Notes: generated by a model not told the origin, from the letters alone. A stretch of DNA of 64,000 nt from Minisyncoccota bacterium (GCA_958295675.1 OY282360.1:658026-722025), one strand, 5' to 3'. Counted from the stretch's first letter, positions 38,388-48,613 are shown. Made by a program: numbers and translations.

Positions 38388-40325
38388 CTACAAATTTAAA
38401 TTTTTATACACCCGCAGTATCGGCTCAGGTATGTCTTCCACTGAAACATTTTCATATTCCGCATAGTCGTTTTTCCAATCATCAGTACTTCCATGCGAAA
38501 ATATATATAACTTCACTTCCATTTTTTCCAAAATTTTCTTTTCTAAATCTTCAAGTTTTTTTAAGTTCTCCCGAAAGTAGATACCGACATATTTATCTAC
38601 CTCATCAGTAAATATCTGATACCAGTCATTTTTCTCTAATTCAGTAAAAGTATTTTCTTTCAAAGCAATCACATGACCGGCTTCATGGGTAAATTCTAAC
38701 CTTTGCCTATCAGGGACACGGTCTACATGCTCCACATCAACAAATTCCGTCTTCAAGTATTCCAAGCTGCCGCCCAAACCTTCCACCTTCTCACCGCTTC
38801 CTTTTTTCTTATATCCTTTCATCACTTTTTTTATTCTTGGCTGACATACACCTTCTGCAACACCACCATGTCCGTTACCGTTGTTATTTTCATTGTTCGT
38901 ACAGAGAATAAACTGACGATTGCCGCCGTCTTTTTTGTTTAATTCCAAAACCGCATGTCCGGCTGTTCCAGATCCAGCAAAAAAATCTAAAATGACCGCT
39001 TCTTTTTTATCACTACTCAAAATATCCAAAATGTCCAAAACTGCAAAAATGGACTTCGGATAATCAAAAGAATTTCTCTTTCCTAAAATTTTGTCAACAA
39101 GGACCGTTCCATGAGAAGAGGCATCATATTTTGGATCTATCCAAACTGTTTTTGCTTTTCTACCTTGTTTGATACGATCTTTCATATAAACTACATAACC
39201 ACTTCTACCTTCTTTGATCACAATATCCCCCCTCTCTACTGCCTGCATTAAAGAAGGTTTGGTTTGACGCCACACGCGTTTTCCACCTGCATTATCAATA
39301 GGTAAAATTTCAATCAAACCATCATCTTTCTGTACATCTATTTTTCCTCTTTTTGGATCATAGTATATTGGATAATATGAATTTGGTCTCTCCTCTGGTG
39401 TAGATAGCCCACCACTTCTCCTAAAGGGAAGTAATCTATATTTGGAAATATCGTCCTCAAATTTAAACAACCCTTCTTGTTCATCTGTTAATGGAAGATT
39501 GCTTATTACCGCTTTTTCTATATTTTTTGCATATACTAACCAATACTCGTGACTTGTTGCAAAAAATTTATTCGTTGTCCTGCCTCGTGGATTGCTTTCA
39601 ACAACCAAAAAACCAATTCTATTTTGTTCAAGAAAAATGTCATCCATAAGCAGTCCTAATGTAAAAAGTTCATAGTCATCAATCGTTGTGACAATCAATC
39701 CATCATCTTTGAGCAAGTGTTTCGCTAACCACAACCTTTTTGTCATGAATGATAACCATTTACTATGTCTAAACTGGTCATCTTTTTCTACATAACTATT
39801 GTTATAAACCCAACTTTGATTACCTGTGTTATACGGCGGATCAATGTAAATAACATCAATCTTACCTTTGTGTGTGTAGTTCAGCACCTGTAATGCATGA
39901 TAGTTATCACCCTCTATCATAATGTGCTTTTGTTCACCTTCTTTGCCGGCGACACTCATTTCAGAAACTGACTTCAATATCGGCGCCTCCCTCTTACACC
40001 GCTCAACAACTTCCTCCAGCTTATCCTCCCACACAAGCCCATATTTTCGCTGCTTGCTCAACAACTGCAATTCTTTTATTAGTTGCTCTTTTGTATAATC
40101 CGAATAATCCCGTCGTGCAGGCTGTCGACGCGATAGATCCGACACGAGACCTTTTTCTTTGATCTGTTTTATGTGCTCCGCTGTATACCGCCTATCTTTC
40201 CGTGTCCCGACTCTATCAGCAATCACCAGTCCCTGCTCATCCCAGTTGCGCAGAGTATCCTCATGCACACCGAGCATTTCTGCTACTTCACCGATTTTAT
40301 AATATTTTTCATTCTCTTTCTTCAT
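38388..40325 (-). CDS. mod: Type III R-M Mod methyltransferase with an N-terminal MerR-type HTH
   Basis: YKIGEVAEMLGVHEDTLRNWDEQGL (MerR HTH). VIYIDPPYNTG (motif IV). DFFAGSGTAGHAV (motif I). Confidence 0.8.
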   Translation of the reverse strand: MKKENEKYYKIGEVAEMLGVHEDTLRNWDEQGLVIADRVGTRKDRRYTAEHIKQIKEKGLVSDLSRRQPARRDYSDYTKEQLIKELQLLSKQRKYGLVWEDKLEEVVERCKREAPILKSVSEMSVAGKEGEQKHIMIEGDNYHALQVLNYTHKGKIDVIYIDPPYNTGNQSWVYNNSYVEKDDQFRHSKWLSFMTKRLWLAKHLLKDDGLIVTTIDDYELFTLGLLMDDIFLEQNRIGFLVVESNPRGRTTNKFFATSHEYWLVYAKNIEKAVISNLPLTDEQEGLFKFEDDISKYRLLPFRRSGGLSTPEERPNSYYPIYYDPKRGKIDVQKDDGLIEILPIDNAGGKRVWRQTKPSLMQAVERGDIVIKEGRSGYVVYMKDRIKQGRKAKTVWIDPKYDASSHGTVLVDKILGKRNSFDYPKSIFAVLDILDILSSDKKEAVILDFFAGSGTAGHAVLELNKKDGGNRQFILCTNNENNNGNGHGGVAEGVCQPRIKKVMKGYKKKGSGEKVEGLGGSLEYLKTEFVDVEHVDRVPDRQRLEFTHEAGHVIALKENTFTELEKNDWYQIFTDEVDKYVGIYFRENLKKLEDLEKKILEKMEVKLYIFSHGSTDDWKNDYAEYENVSVEDIPEPILRVYKNLNL

Positions 40326-41101
40326 ATTGAATGATAAAGTAGAATCGATGTGTGTAGTATAAACTCCGCATCTTCTTTTGTTGGATTCTGACCAGTGCCA
40401 CTAGTATGTTGACCTCTAAAATTAGCGAACCGTGAGCAAATTTCAAAAAGTTTTTTCTCATCGTCAACACTCTTGCCAATATATGATATTACTGCACTGG
40501 GATTTTCTTTCATCTGATTCAAAAATTTTCCTAAGCTCGGCTTTTGGTCTTTAGGATAATACTTATTCTTAATCTTTGTCTCCAGTGCATCAACACACTT
40601 AGAAACTGTTTTTGTAAGATCAGGGTCTTTTTTGTAAAAAGATTGCCATGCTTCTCTTAACGATGCATCTTCATTCAATACTTCCCTTGAGGCAGCTTCC
40701 AATCCGTCAGACACTCGTCGTTCTAAACCAACCTGCTCTGTCCCGATATGCGCAACCTTATACGCATGCCCACCCTCACACAAAATACTTTCTAAGGCCA
40801 TAGATTTTTCTGGTGTAGCATGATTTTGCACAAAAAAGTTCAATACTTCAATAACAAGATCAGATTCACTAAAAAAAGAAGAAATGGATCCAGGAATGAT
40901 ACATCTAAGAGAAATCTGCGCTTCCTGAATAAAAGATGATTTAAAAATAAAATCACCCCAAAGACCATAATGAAAAGTGTCACTGTATTCACATGTAACA
41001 ATCCATGTCACTATTGGTTGATGAAAATGTGCAGGAAAATCAGATGTTAATCCTTTCTTAAATCTCTTCTGATGACTTTGAGTTATAGGATTATAAACCA
41101 T
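40322..41101 (-). CDS. Hypothetical protein, first gene of the Type III operon (4-nt overlap with mod)
   Basis: 259 aa, AT-rich, tightly overlapped gene chain. Confidence 0.45.
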   Translation of the reverse strand: MVYNPITQSHQKRFKKGLTSDFPAHFHQPIVTWIVTCEYSDTFHYGLWGDFIFKSSFIQEAQISLRCIIPGSISSFFSESDLVIEVLNFFVQNHATPEKSMALESILCEGGHAYKVAHIGTEQVGLERRVSDGLEAASREVLNEDASLREAWQSFYKKDPDLTKTVSKCVDALETKIKNKYYPKDQKPSLGKFLNQMKENPSAVISYIGKSVDDEKKLFEICSRFANFRGQHTSGTGQNPTKEDAEFILHTSILLYHSI

Positions 41102-41364
41102 ATACTCCCATCGTAACAGATGGTATATATTTATGTCAAGTTTCCTAATTTACCAAAGTTGGAGGATTCGCCGGCGGATTGCACATGATTCTCCCGACCC
41201 ACAACAACGCATTTTCTTTTTTTGATTCATTCGTCGCATTTTTCCACGCGCTGTGCGGACACACCATTCGTTTCATCCCGTGCAGTGCATGGAAAGCACT
41301 CTACGATGCGCGCGCAACCAGCCACACGAACGGTAGTGAGTGTATATCTGCTTATTCTACCCAG

Positions 41365-41437
41365 TCCACCCGCCTGGACTCGAACCAGGAACCGCGTGTG
41401 TATAAGACACGTGCTCTACCAATTGAGCTACAGGTGG
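41365..41437 (-). tRNA. tRNA-Ile (anticodon UAU)
   Basis: CCACCTGTAGCTCAATTGGTAGAGCACGTGTCTTATACACACGCGGTTCCTGGTTCGAGTCCAGGCGGGTGGA. Anticodon loop CTTATAC. Confidence 0.8.
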
Positions 41438-41477
41438 TAATATCATATTACTACACACCATGATACACTGAAACCAT

Positions 41478-42143
41478 ATGGCATTGTCGGACAAAAAAAT
41501 CCTTGAGGAGATGGAAAAGGGGGATGTTGTCATTTCCCCGTTCAATGAGAAAAACCTTTCCACCTCAAGTTACGATGTTACGCTCGGCGAGTATTACTTC
41601 GCGGAACAGAAAAACACCAATAACTTCTACAACATGTACAGCAAAGATGATGTGAATCGGGTGTGGGGTACCGAGCCGAGAAAGGCGAGAACGGCAAAAG
41701 AGGTGTTTGAGGAAATCAAGTTTCCGTTTGTCGGTATCAGAAAAGATGATCGTGTTATTTTACTGGGACCGGGAGAAACTATTCTTGCGCACACAAATGA
41801 ATTTATCGGCGGACGGAATCATATCACTACCATGATGAAAGCCCGTTCATCGCTGGGAAGAAACTTCATAGAGGTATGCAAGTGCGCCGGCTGGGGTGAT
41901 GTGGGCTTCACCAACCGCTGGACGATGGAAATCACCAACAATGCGCAGCACTATCACATCCCGTTGGTCGTCGGCAGAAGAATCGCTCAGATTGTATTTT
42001 TTGAAACCGGACCGATTATAGGAAACGATTACACCAAAAAAGGGAAATATCAAAAAACGAATGATCTGAAACAACTACAAAAAGAGTGGGATCCGGCTTC
42101 CATGCTTCCGAACCTATACAATGACCGGGATATCAGACATTAA
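41478..42143 (+). CDS. dcd: dCTP deaminase family protein
   Basis: dUTPase-like fold motifs ARSSLGRNF, GWGDVGF, HIPLVVGRRIAQIVFFE. Confidence 0.75.
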   Translation: MALSDKKILEEMEKGDVVISPFNEKNLSTSSYDVTLGEYYFAEQKNTNNFYNMYSKDDVNRVWGTEPRKARTAKEVFEEIKFPFVGIRKDDRVILLGPGETILAHTNEFIGGRNHITTMMKARSSLGRNFIEVCKCAGWGDVGFTNRWTMEITNNAQHYHIPLVVGRRIAQIVFFETGPIIGNDYTKKGKYQKTNDLKQLQKEWDPASMLPNLYNDRDIRH

Positions 42144-42801
42144 TATAGAACAATCGTGGAAAGAGCACCTCCAACCCCTGCTGGAGGAAGCATACATGCA
42201 CGAACTGCGGAAAAAAGTCAGAGTGCTGTACCAGGATTCAACAAAACACATATACCCGCAACCGCAGCACCTCTTCAATGCGTTTGACACCTGCCCGTTC
42301 ACCGATGTGCGGGTGGTGATTCTCGGACAGGATCCGTACCACGGCGCGGGACAGGCGCACGGTCTCTGTTTCTCGGTGCCGGAAGGAAAGAGTATGCCGC
42401 CGTCTTTACAGAATATTTTTAAAGAAATACAGAGCGATATCGGCACAGCCGTGCCGGCACATGGCGACCTCACCCGTTGGGCGAAACAGGGTGTCTTTCT
42501 CCTGAACGCCATCCTCACCGTTGAGGCGGGAAAACCGGCATCGCACCACGGTATCGGCTGGGAGGAATTCACTGATGATGTTATCACCCTGCTCTCCGGC
42601 AGCAGAGAGCATGTGGTGTTCATGCTGTGGGGCAACTATGCGAAACAGAAACAAGGTCTCATTGACGGAGATAAGCACTGTATTCTCACCGCGGCACATC
42701 CGTCGCCATTTTCCGCGGAAAATGGATTCTTCGGCTGCAAGCACTTCAGCAAAGCGAATGAGTATCTGAAACAGCACAACAAGGGGTCAGTTGACTGGTG
42801 A
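42121..42801 (+). CDS. ung: Uracil-DNA glycosylase (family 1)
   Basis: VVILGQDPYHG, GVFLLNAILTV, HPSPFSA. Confidence 0.9.
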   Translation: MTGISDINIEQSWKEHLQPLLEEAYMHELRKKVRVLYQDSTKHIYPQPQHLFNAFDTCPFTDVRVVILGQDPYHGAGQAHGLCFSVPEGKSMPPSLQNIFKEIQSDIGTAVPAHGDLTRWAKQGVFLLNAILTVEAGKPASHHGIGWEEFTDDVITLLSGSREHVVFMLWGNYAKQKQGLIDGDKHCILTAAHPSPFSAENGFFGCKHFSKANEYLKQHNKGSVDW

Positions 42802-44784
42802 CTACTTATCAAACGCATTTTGAATTTCAACACCGTGTTTCTTGAGCAGCGCTTCATATTCTTCCCGTTCAAGTGTTTCATGCTCAAACAGTTCTTTCAC
42901 GATGACATCAAGCGCGTCTTTGTGTTTTGTCAGCAGATCTTTCGCAGTCTGGTGCGCACCCTTGATAATGTTATCAACTTCGCTGTCAATCTGCTTTTCA
43001 AGGTCCTGTGAGTGTCCTTCCCTGCCGCCGGTCAGACTGTGCATGTTCGGCTGCCGAAGCACCATCGGACCGACTGTGTCCGACATGCCGAATCGGGTGA
43101 CCATATTGTGCGCGAGACGCGACACTTCAACCAAATCGCTGGACGGTCCGGTGGAGACATCGCCGAATATGAGCTGTTCGGTCGTGTAGCCGCCGAGCGC
43201 GACGGTGATGGTGTCAATGAATTCTTTTTTAGTTTTCAAACGGCGCTCGGAGTCCGGCAGTGAGAGCACATAGCCGCCCGCGTGACCGCGGGAGACGATG
43301 GTGATCTTCTGCACCGGATCGGCGTACGGCAGCAGTGATGCGAGCAGTGCGTGTCCCGCCTCGTGGTAGGCGATGACTTTTTTCTCGTGCTTAGTGATTA
43401 CGCGTCCTTTCCGCTCAGGTCCGAGCATCACCTTTTCAATCGCGTTAAGCAGATCTTTTTGGGTGATAACTTTCCGCTTGTCACGCACGGTAAGAATAGC
43501 CGCTTCATTCATCACGGAGGCGAGGTCGGCACCGGAGAGCCCCGGCGTCCTGCGGGCGACTATCTCAAGATTGACTGAATCGTCAAACTTTTTCTCGCGA
43601 GCGTGTACCATAAGAATCTCTGATCGTTCTTTGATGTCCGGCAAATCAACGACGATCTTCCGGTCAAACCGACCGGGACGCAGCAACGCATTGTCCAGGA
43701 TGTCGGGACGGTTGGTGGAGGCGAGTACGATCACCTTGTCCGTCTGCTCAAACCCGTCCATTTCCACCAAAATCTGGTTCAACGCCTGCTCTCGCTCATC
43801 ATTGCCGCCGCCAAGTCCGCTCCCGCGGGCGCGCCCGACCGCATCTATTTCGTCTATAAACACAATAGCGGGTGCCGCCTTTTTTGCCATAGCGAATAAA
43901 TCACGCACTCTGGAAGCGCCGACACCGACAAACATTTCAACAAACTCAGAACCGGATATGGAAAAGAACGGCACACTCGCTTCGCCGGCGACCGCGCGGG
44001 CGAGCAGGGTCTTCCCTGTTCCCGGCGCACCGGTCAGCATGACGCCCTTCGGCACCTTCGCGCCAATACGCAAAAATTGACTCGGGTGCTTCAAAAAAGT
44101 CACAAATTCTTCAAGCTCTTCTTTCGCTTCTGACGCACCGGCAACATCTTTGAAAGTCACTTGGTTCTTTTTGTCATCAGGATTAACGAACCGAGCGCGC
44201 GACCTGCCGAATTGAAACAGCTGCATACCGCCCATACCCTTCGTCTGCCGTGATAGAAACCAGAAGAAGAGGATAAACAGGAGCAGCGGAAACAGGAACG
44301 GCAAGCTGGACTTCAGCCAGTAGCCGATCCCCTGCTCGCGCTCAACGCTGTACTGGAGTCCGGCGAGATGTTCGGCGGTTACACCAAGATTAAGCAATGT
44401 CTCGTCAAACGCAGCAACCGCATCTTTGCGCAGGGTGCCGATTTGTTCGTCGGCATATTGAATTTCCACCTTTGCACCGCGCACGATAATTTCCGTAACC
44501 TCACCCGCCTGCACAGCAGCGGCTACTTCGGAGATGGTCGGCTCCAATTCCTCTTCACCGTAGTACGCATCGCGAATGAAAGAAAAGACGATAAAAAAGA
44601 CAACACACCACAGAATAATATTGAACAAATCGGGCATATACCGCTTGCGCAGACCGGGCTTCCCATTGTCAGACGATCGGGCACCGAAGAATCCGAAACC
44701 CATCTCCCGATGTCCGTCTTTCTTTGGGTGTCCGCTGTGTTCACCTCTCTCCTGTTTTTCTTTCCTGTGCGTGTCTTTCTTCAT
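42802..44784 (-). CDS. ftsH: ATP-dependent zinc metalloprotease FtsH
   Basis: [19 protein letters not shown] and HEAGHAL. Confidence 0.95.
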   Translation of the reverse strand: MKKDTHRKEKQERGEHSGHPKKDGHREMGFGFFGARSSDNGKPGLRKRYMPDLFNIILWCVVFFIVFSFIRDAYYGEEELEPTISEVAAAVQAGEVTEIIVRGAKVEIQYADEQIGTLRKDAVAAFDETLLNLGVTAEHLAGLQYSVEREQGIGYWLKSSLPFLFPLLLFILFFWFLSRQTKGMGGMQLFQFGRSRARFVNPDDKKNQVTFKDVAGASEAKEELEEFVTFLKHPSQFLRIGAKVPKGVMLTGAPGTGKTLLARAVAGEASVPFFSISGSEFVEMFVGVGASRVRDLFAMAKKAAPAIVFIDEIDAVGRARGSGLGGGNDEREQALNQILVEMDGFEQTDKVIVLASTNRPDILDNALLRPGRFDRKIVVDLPDIKERSEILMVHAREKKFDDSVNLEIVARRTPGLSGADLASVMNEAAILTVRDKRKVITQKDLLNAIEKVMLGPERKGRVITKHEKKVIAYHEAGHALLASLLPYADPVQKITIVSRGHAGGYVLSLPDSERRLKTKKEFIDTITVALGGYTTEQLIFGDVSTGPSSDLVEVSRLAHNMVTRFGMSDTVGPMVLRQPNMHSLTGGREGHSQDLEKQIDSEVDNIIKGAHQTAKDLLTKHKDALDVIVKELFEHETLEREEYEALLKKHGVEIQNAFDK

Positions 44785-44808
44785 ATATCAGTGTATTATA
44801 CACATAGT

Positions 44809-45249
44809 ATGGCGTATATAACGAACAGAGCGGCAAAACAACACCATGAAATCCTTGACACCGTGCGCGCAGGCATTACCCTGCTCGGCACCGAAGTGAA
44901 GAGTATCAGAAACGGCAAGGGGTCACTGCTCGGCGCGAAGGTACTCATCCGCGACGGCGAAGTATTCCTCGTCGGCGCGACTATTCCGCCATATCAGGAG
45001 AAAAACACACAGCCGTCATACGACCCTGAACGCACAAGGCGACTCCTGCTGAACAGGCGGGAGATTGAAAAACTCAACGCACAGACAGAGACAAAAAACT
45101 TGACCTTAGTGCCGATTAGTATGTATAATTGTAATAGGGTGCTGAAATTGGATATCGGCATCGCCCGCAAGAAAAACGCACGCGATAAACGGGAGACGAT
45201 AAAAAGACGGGAAAGCGAGCGGAGTATCAGGCGGCAAATGAAACACTAG
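44809..45249 (+). CDS. smpB: SsrA-binding protein SmpB
   Basis: ITNRAAKQHHEILD..GTEVKSIRNGK. The long upstream ORF is trimmed to Met148. Confidence 0.85.
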   Translation: MAYITNRAAKQHHEILDTVRAGITLLGTEVKSIRNGKGSLLGAKVLIRDGEVFLVGATIPPYQEKNTQPSYDPERTRRLLLNRREIEKLNAQTETKNLTLVPISMYNCNRVLKLDIGIARKKNARDKRETIKRRESERSIRRQMKH

Positions 45250-45295
45250 CGCGTCCAAAGGGGGACATTTCAACCCACCAGAAGTGTTCCCCTTT

Positions 45296-45651
45296 GGGGG
45301 TGTCAGGCTTTGACAGTTGACATGCCCTGTGAATGGAATGCGTGGTAGTGAGAGGTCACTATAATCACCGAAACCTTGCAAATAAACTTGCACAGATGTT
45401 CAACAGAACACCTGCCCTCGCGTACGCATAACAATGCCCGTGAGGCATCCGCAGGATGATTCTCACTAATCCAAACGGATGTAAGATAATGTGAGAAACA
45501 CGGCGTGCTGTACTACGCTTCAAACAGCATACGAAAAGTAAACGAACGAAGCGGTTTTTGGTCTGTGAGCGAACCTATCGCCCACTACGCCACGAAAACA
45601 TTCTTCGCAGTGTCAATATGGACGGGAGTTCAATTCTCCCCACCTCCACCA
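45296..45651 (+). ncRNA. ssrA: tmRNA (ssrA)
   Basis: 5' GGGGGTG pairs with the 3' CACCTCC-A-CCA, including G3-U70. T-arm GGGAGTTCAATTCTCCC. Internal tag ORF ..gca aat aaa ctt gca cag atg ttc aac aga aca cct gcc ctc gcg tac gca taa (ANKLAQMFNRTPALAYA*). Adjacent to smpB. Confidence 0.85.
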
Positions 45652-45664
45652 GAAAACTAAAACA

Positions 45665-45697
45665 GGAACACCCACGCTATCGCGTGGGTTGTTCTTT
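45665..45697 (+). terminator. Intrinsic terminator after tmRNA
   Basis: gaacacccacgc tatc gcgtgggtgttc ttttt. Confidence 0.7.
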
Positions 45698-45751
45698 TTC
45701 ATGGCGCATCGTTTTGGCGCGTCATGCGTTGCGGAATTCGGCTGATTTCCT

Positions 45752-46468
45752 TCAGCAATACTGCTGTAGATGCGATTTAAAAAATGATAGTGCGTTAACT
45801 AAAGATTCTCTTTTCATTGGCTTAAAAAACTCTCCCCTATGAATCGGTCTATCTACTTTTCTATCTCCTTCTAATAAGGTGATTATATTGAGTGTGTAGT
45901 CAAAGTAAGACATAAGGGTGTGGGTGCTGGTGCTACCAAATTTTACCTCTTTTAAAATCTCTGAATAATCGCCACCAAGCTGACTCTCAAGTTGAAAGAG
46001 CACAATCTCCGCATCAGGAGAAATTTCTTTTACAAATGAGCCATCAATTAAAATTCTCTTTATCATCGCGTTTTCTGTGTATGATTTACATTCAATGGCC
46101 ATTACGAGATTACCTCGCACATAAACAGGAACATCTATGTTAAATTTGTACGAATAATCTTTTATGTTTTTTCGTATGTGTTCTGCTATTTCGTTTTCAA
46201 TAGTATCTAAATAATCTTTTTTAAGCGGGACAGTGACAGATCCCTGCTCGGTGCTCAGATCATCAATATTGCCCACCATATCAAACCATGCTCGCTTCAC
46301 AAGACCTCGTGCAAATGCTTCAACAAAAGAACCCTTAATAGAACGCTCTATACCGCCCGTTGCGCGTTTTGTATCCTGGACCTCGGAACCTATTCTCTTA
46401 ACTAATGAGTTATATGCAGCTAATAAATCATCAATGGTTGGAATTTCCGGTAAATCTTCTATATTCAT
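45752..46468 (-). CDS. Putative Type II restriction endonuclease (PD-(D/E)xK)
   Basis: NIDVPVYVRGNLVMAIECKSY. 4 nt downstream of a methyltransferase gene in the same orientation. Confidence 0.5.
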   Translation of the reverse strand: MNIEDLPEIPTIDDLLAAYNSLVKRIGSEVQDTKRATGGIERSIKGSFVEAFARGLVKRAWFDMVGNIDDLSTEQGSVTVPLKKDYLDTIENEIAEHIRKNIKDYSYKFNIDVPVYVRGNLVMAIECKSYTENAMIKRILIDGSFVKEISPDAEIVLFQLESQLGGDYSEILKEVKFGSTSTHTLMSYFDYTLNIITLLEGDRKVDRPIHRGEFFKPMKRESLVNALSFFKSHLQQYC

Positions 46469-46471
46469 ATA

Positions 46472-47647
46472 TTAAAACAACGAGCTTGCTAATCGTTTCT
46501 CCGCAACATTACAATATTCCGTTGATATATCCACACCGAGATACCTTCTATCAAGCATACGAGCAACGCTGGTTGTTGTACCCACACCATTAAAAACATC
46601 CAATATGATGTCATTTTTGAAACTGAAAAGTTTGAGACATCGCGATACAAGATTTTCAGGAAACATTGCAGGGTGCCCATATTCTTTCATATTCCTTTCA
46701 GGTGCAATTGACCACTTCGCAACAACCCACTTTTTAAACTCTTCAGCCGTTATATCAATATCTTCAGTTTTTCCAGAGTGCTTCAAATCACCTTTACAAA
46801 AAACTTCAATAAACTCCCATGTGTATTTCAGATATGGACTACTCGGACTCTTCCAACTACCCCACGCAGTATACTTGCAGTTATAGTTATTTTTTTCCCA
46901 AAGTATTTCCCCTTTCCACAGCATCCCAATATCCAACAAATGTTTAGAGATAATATGATGTGTCGGTATATAATCTGAAAACAGCGGCTGTACATTAATA
47001 ATCATTCTTCCGCCATATTTTAGGACTCGTTTTGTTTCTTCTAAAATTGCAAATAACTGATTGAAATAATCATCCCACTTTTTATCATCTGCACCATTCT
47101 CATATTCAAGTCCGAAATTATACGGCGGTGAGGTAATCATCACATCAATACAATTATTTGGTAACTTCCTGAGTACATCCAAACTATCCGCACATACTAT
47201 TGCATTCTCATATTCAAACGGCAAGATATTTTCTTCTATGCTTTTTTCTGTGTTTCTAATACTGGAGGTTCTTTTTTCCGATTTTTGTTTTCTGTTCTTT
47301 ACCTTTCTCTCTTTATTAAAATCAACATACACTCTTTTCCCACTCTTGAGCCCGTATGATCCGATACTGTTAACCGCCTCCACAAGATCATCTATAGCAC
47401 TGAGAACCTCTTCCTCTCCGTTGTTCGCTTTTACCTCCAGTGCTCTGCTTTTGAACCGTTCAAAATCAAGATTATTCACAAACAGCTTCACCTCATATGA
47501 TCCCATTGGCTCAAAATAAATATGTCTATTAAATTCATCCAAGAAAGATTTGACAACGCGTTTGCTTTTCTCATCAAATTCTTTGGTTGTCTTCAGAGTA
47601 ACCTCCTTATATTCCATATATATAGTATATATCAGAAAATTACACAA
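46472..47647 (-). CDS. Beta-class DNA methyltransferase with an about 150 aa N-terminal extension
   Basis: VMITSPPYNFG (motif IV) and LDVFNGVGTT (motif I). Confidence 0.8.
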   Translation of the reverse strand: MCNFLIYTIYMEYKEVTLKTTKEFDEKSKRVVKSFLDEFNRHIYFEPMGSYEVKLFVNNLDFERFKSRALEVKANNGEEEVLSAIDDLVEAVNSIGSYGLKSGKRVYVDFNKERKVKNRKQKSEKRTSSIRNTEKSIEENILPFEYENAIVCADSLDVLRKLPNNCIDVMITSPPYNFGLEYENGADDKKWDDYFNQLFAILEETKRVLKYGGRMIINVQPLFSDYIPTHHIISKHLLDIGMLWKGEILWEKNNYNCKYTAWGSWKSPSSPYLKYTWEFIEVFCKGDLKHSGKTEDIDITAEEFKKWVVAKWSIAPERNMKEYGHPAMFPENLVSRCLKLFSFKNDIILDVFNGVGTTTSVARMLDRRYLGVDISTEYCNVAEKRLASSLF

Positions 47648-47812
47648 TATGTGTTACTTTCTCACACCTATTTGCTTTTCCCTGCTATGAAGTGGCTTAC
47701 CATGATCTTTTAAAATTTTGTAAGCAACATCTTTAAAGGAGTTCATATATATAATGGGGCAATATATCACCCTATAGTGTAAAAATCTATGAATGAATTC
47801 CCCTAAATTTCT

Positions 47813-48613
47813 TTATAAGGAAAGTAGAGTTTTTATATAAAGAGAGTCATCAAAATTTTCCTGTTTTATTAAGGCAAAATAACCATTATTAATGCCTGCC
47901 CTTTCAAGAACATCTTCAAATTCTCTACTATCCAATCTGCAAATAACTTCAAATAGGTATGGAAAAATGATTGATACGGCGTTTATTCCAGATATCCTGC
48001 GGTGTATAGGAGAAAATATCCCAGTATTGCCTGATTTCGACATGTCAAATTTTTTGTACATTGAAAAAAGGAGATTAATATTTTTCTCAATATCACCAGA
48101 AGATAATTCGCATATTATTTTTTCCCTATACGGTCCAATGTTAATATGAGAAAACTTTTCTGATAAATCAAGTTTCAATATTAAAAATAATATAAATCTT
48201 CTAATCTTTTCTAAATCAATATCATTAATTATCCCATCTCTTAAATTACTATTAAGAAAGTCGCCAATCCTCATTAGGCGCCCATATTCTTCATCATCAG
48301 TTATAATATTAATATCCCCTTTCCCAATATTTTTTATAAATTCGAGAAAATATTTTTCATCTCCAGAAAATTTATTATCACAGTCAGCACAAAAAGTGTC
48401 TTTCATATATGGAAGATTGTTTGATTGAGTATATTTTGTGCTTCCATCTGCCATTATTATAGTTCCCCGTTTATCCTGAGAGTTCGGGTTGTTTTCATCA
48501 ATACCACAAATATATTTCCTGAATGCTTTCGATAATATATGTGCTTTAATGAGGGGTCTTTCTTTCCTACATAAAAAACAAATGCCAAAATCTCCTCTTC
48601 TATTTTTATTCAT
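47813..48613 (-). CDS. Hypothetical protein with an HNH-like CxxC..AHI motif
   Basis: GICFLCRKERPLIKAHILSKAF. Confidence 0.3.
   Translation of the reverse strand: MNKNRRGDFGICFLCRKERPLIKAHILSKAFRKYICGIDENNPNSQDKRGTIIMADGSTKYTQSNNLPYMKDTFCADCDNKFSGDEKYFLEFIKNIGKGDINIITDDEEYGRLMRIGDFLNSNLRDGIINDIDLEKIRRFILFLILKLDLSEKFSHINIGPYREKIICELSSGDIEKNINLLFSMYKKFDMSKSGNTGIFSPIHRRISGINAVSIIFPYLFEVICRLDSREFEDVLERAGINNGYFALIKQENFDDSLYIKTLLSL

Noticed and set aside
41357-41563. 68 aa ORF (..VAQLVEHVSYTHAVPGSSPGGWTG)
   Set aside because: It is a translation of the tRNA-Ile gene and flank, not a CDS.
44368-44808. N-terminal 147 codons of the long ORF 44368..45249
   Set aside because: This stretch overlaps the divergent ftsH promoter and start. 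The SmpB homology begins at Met148 (44809), so it is trimmed.
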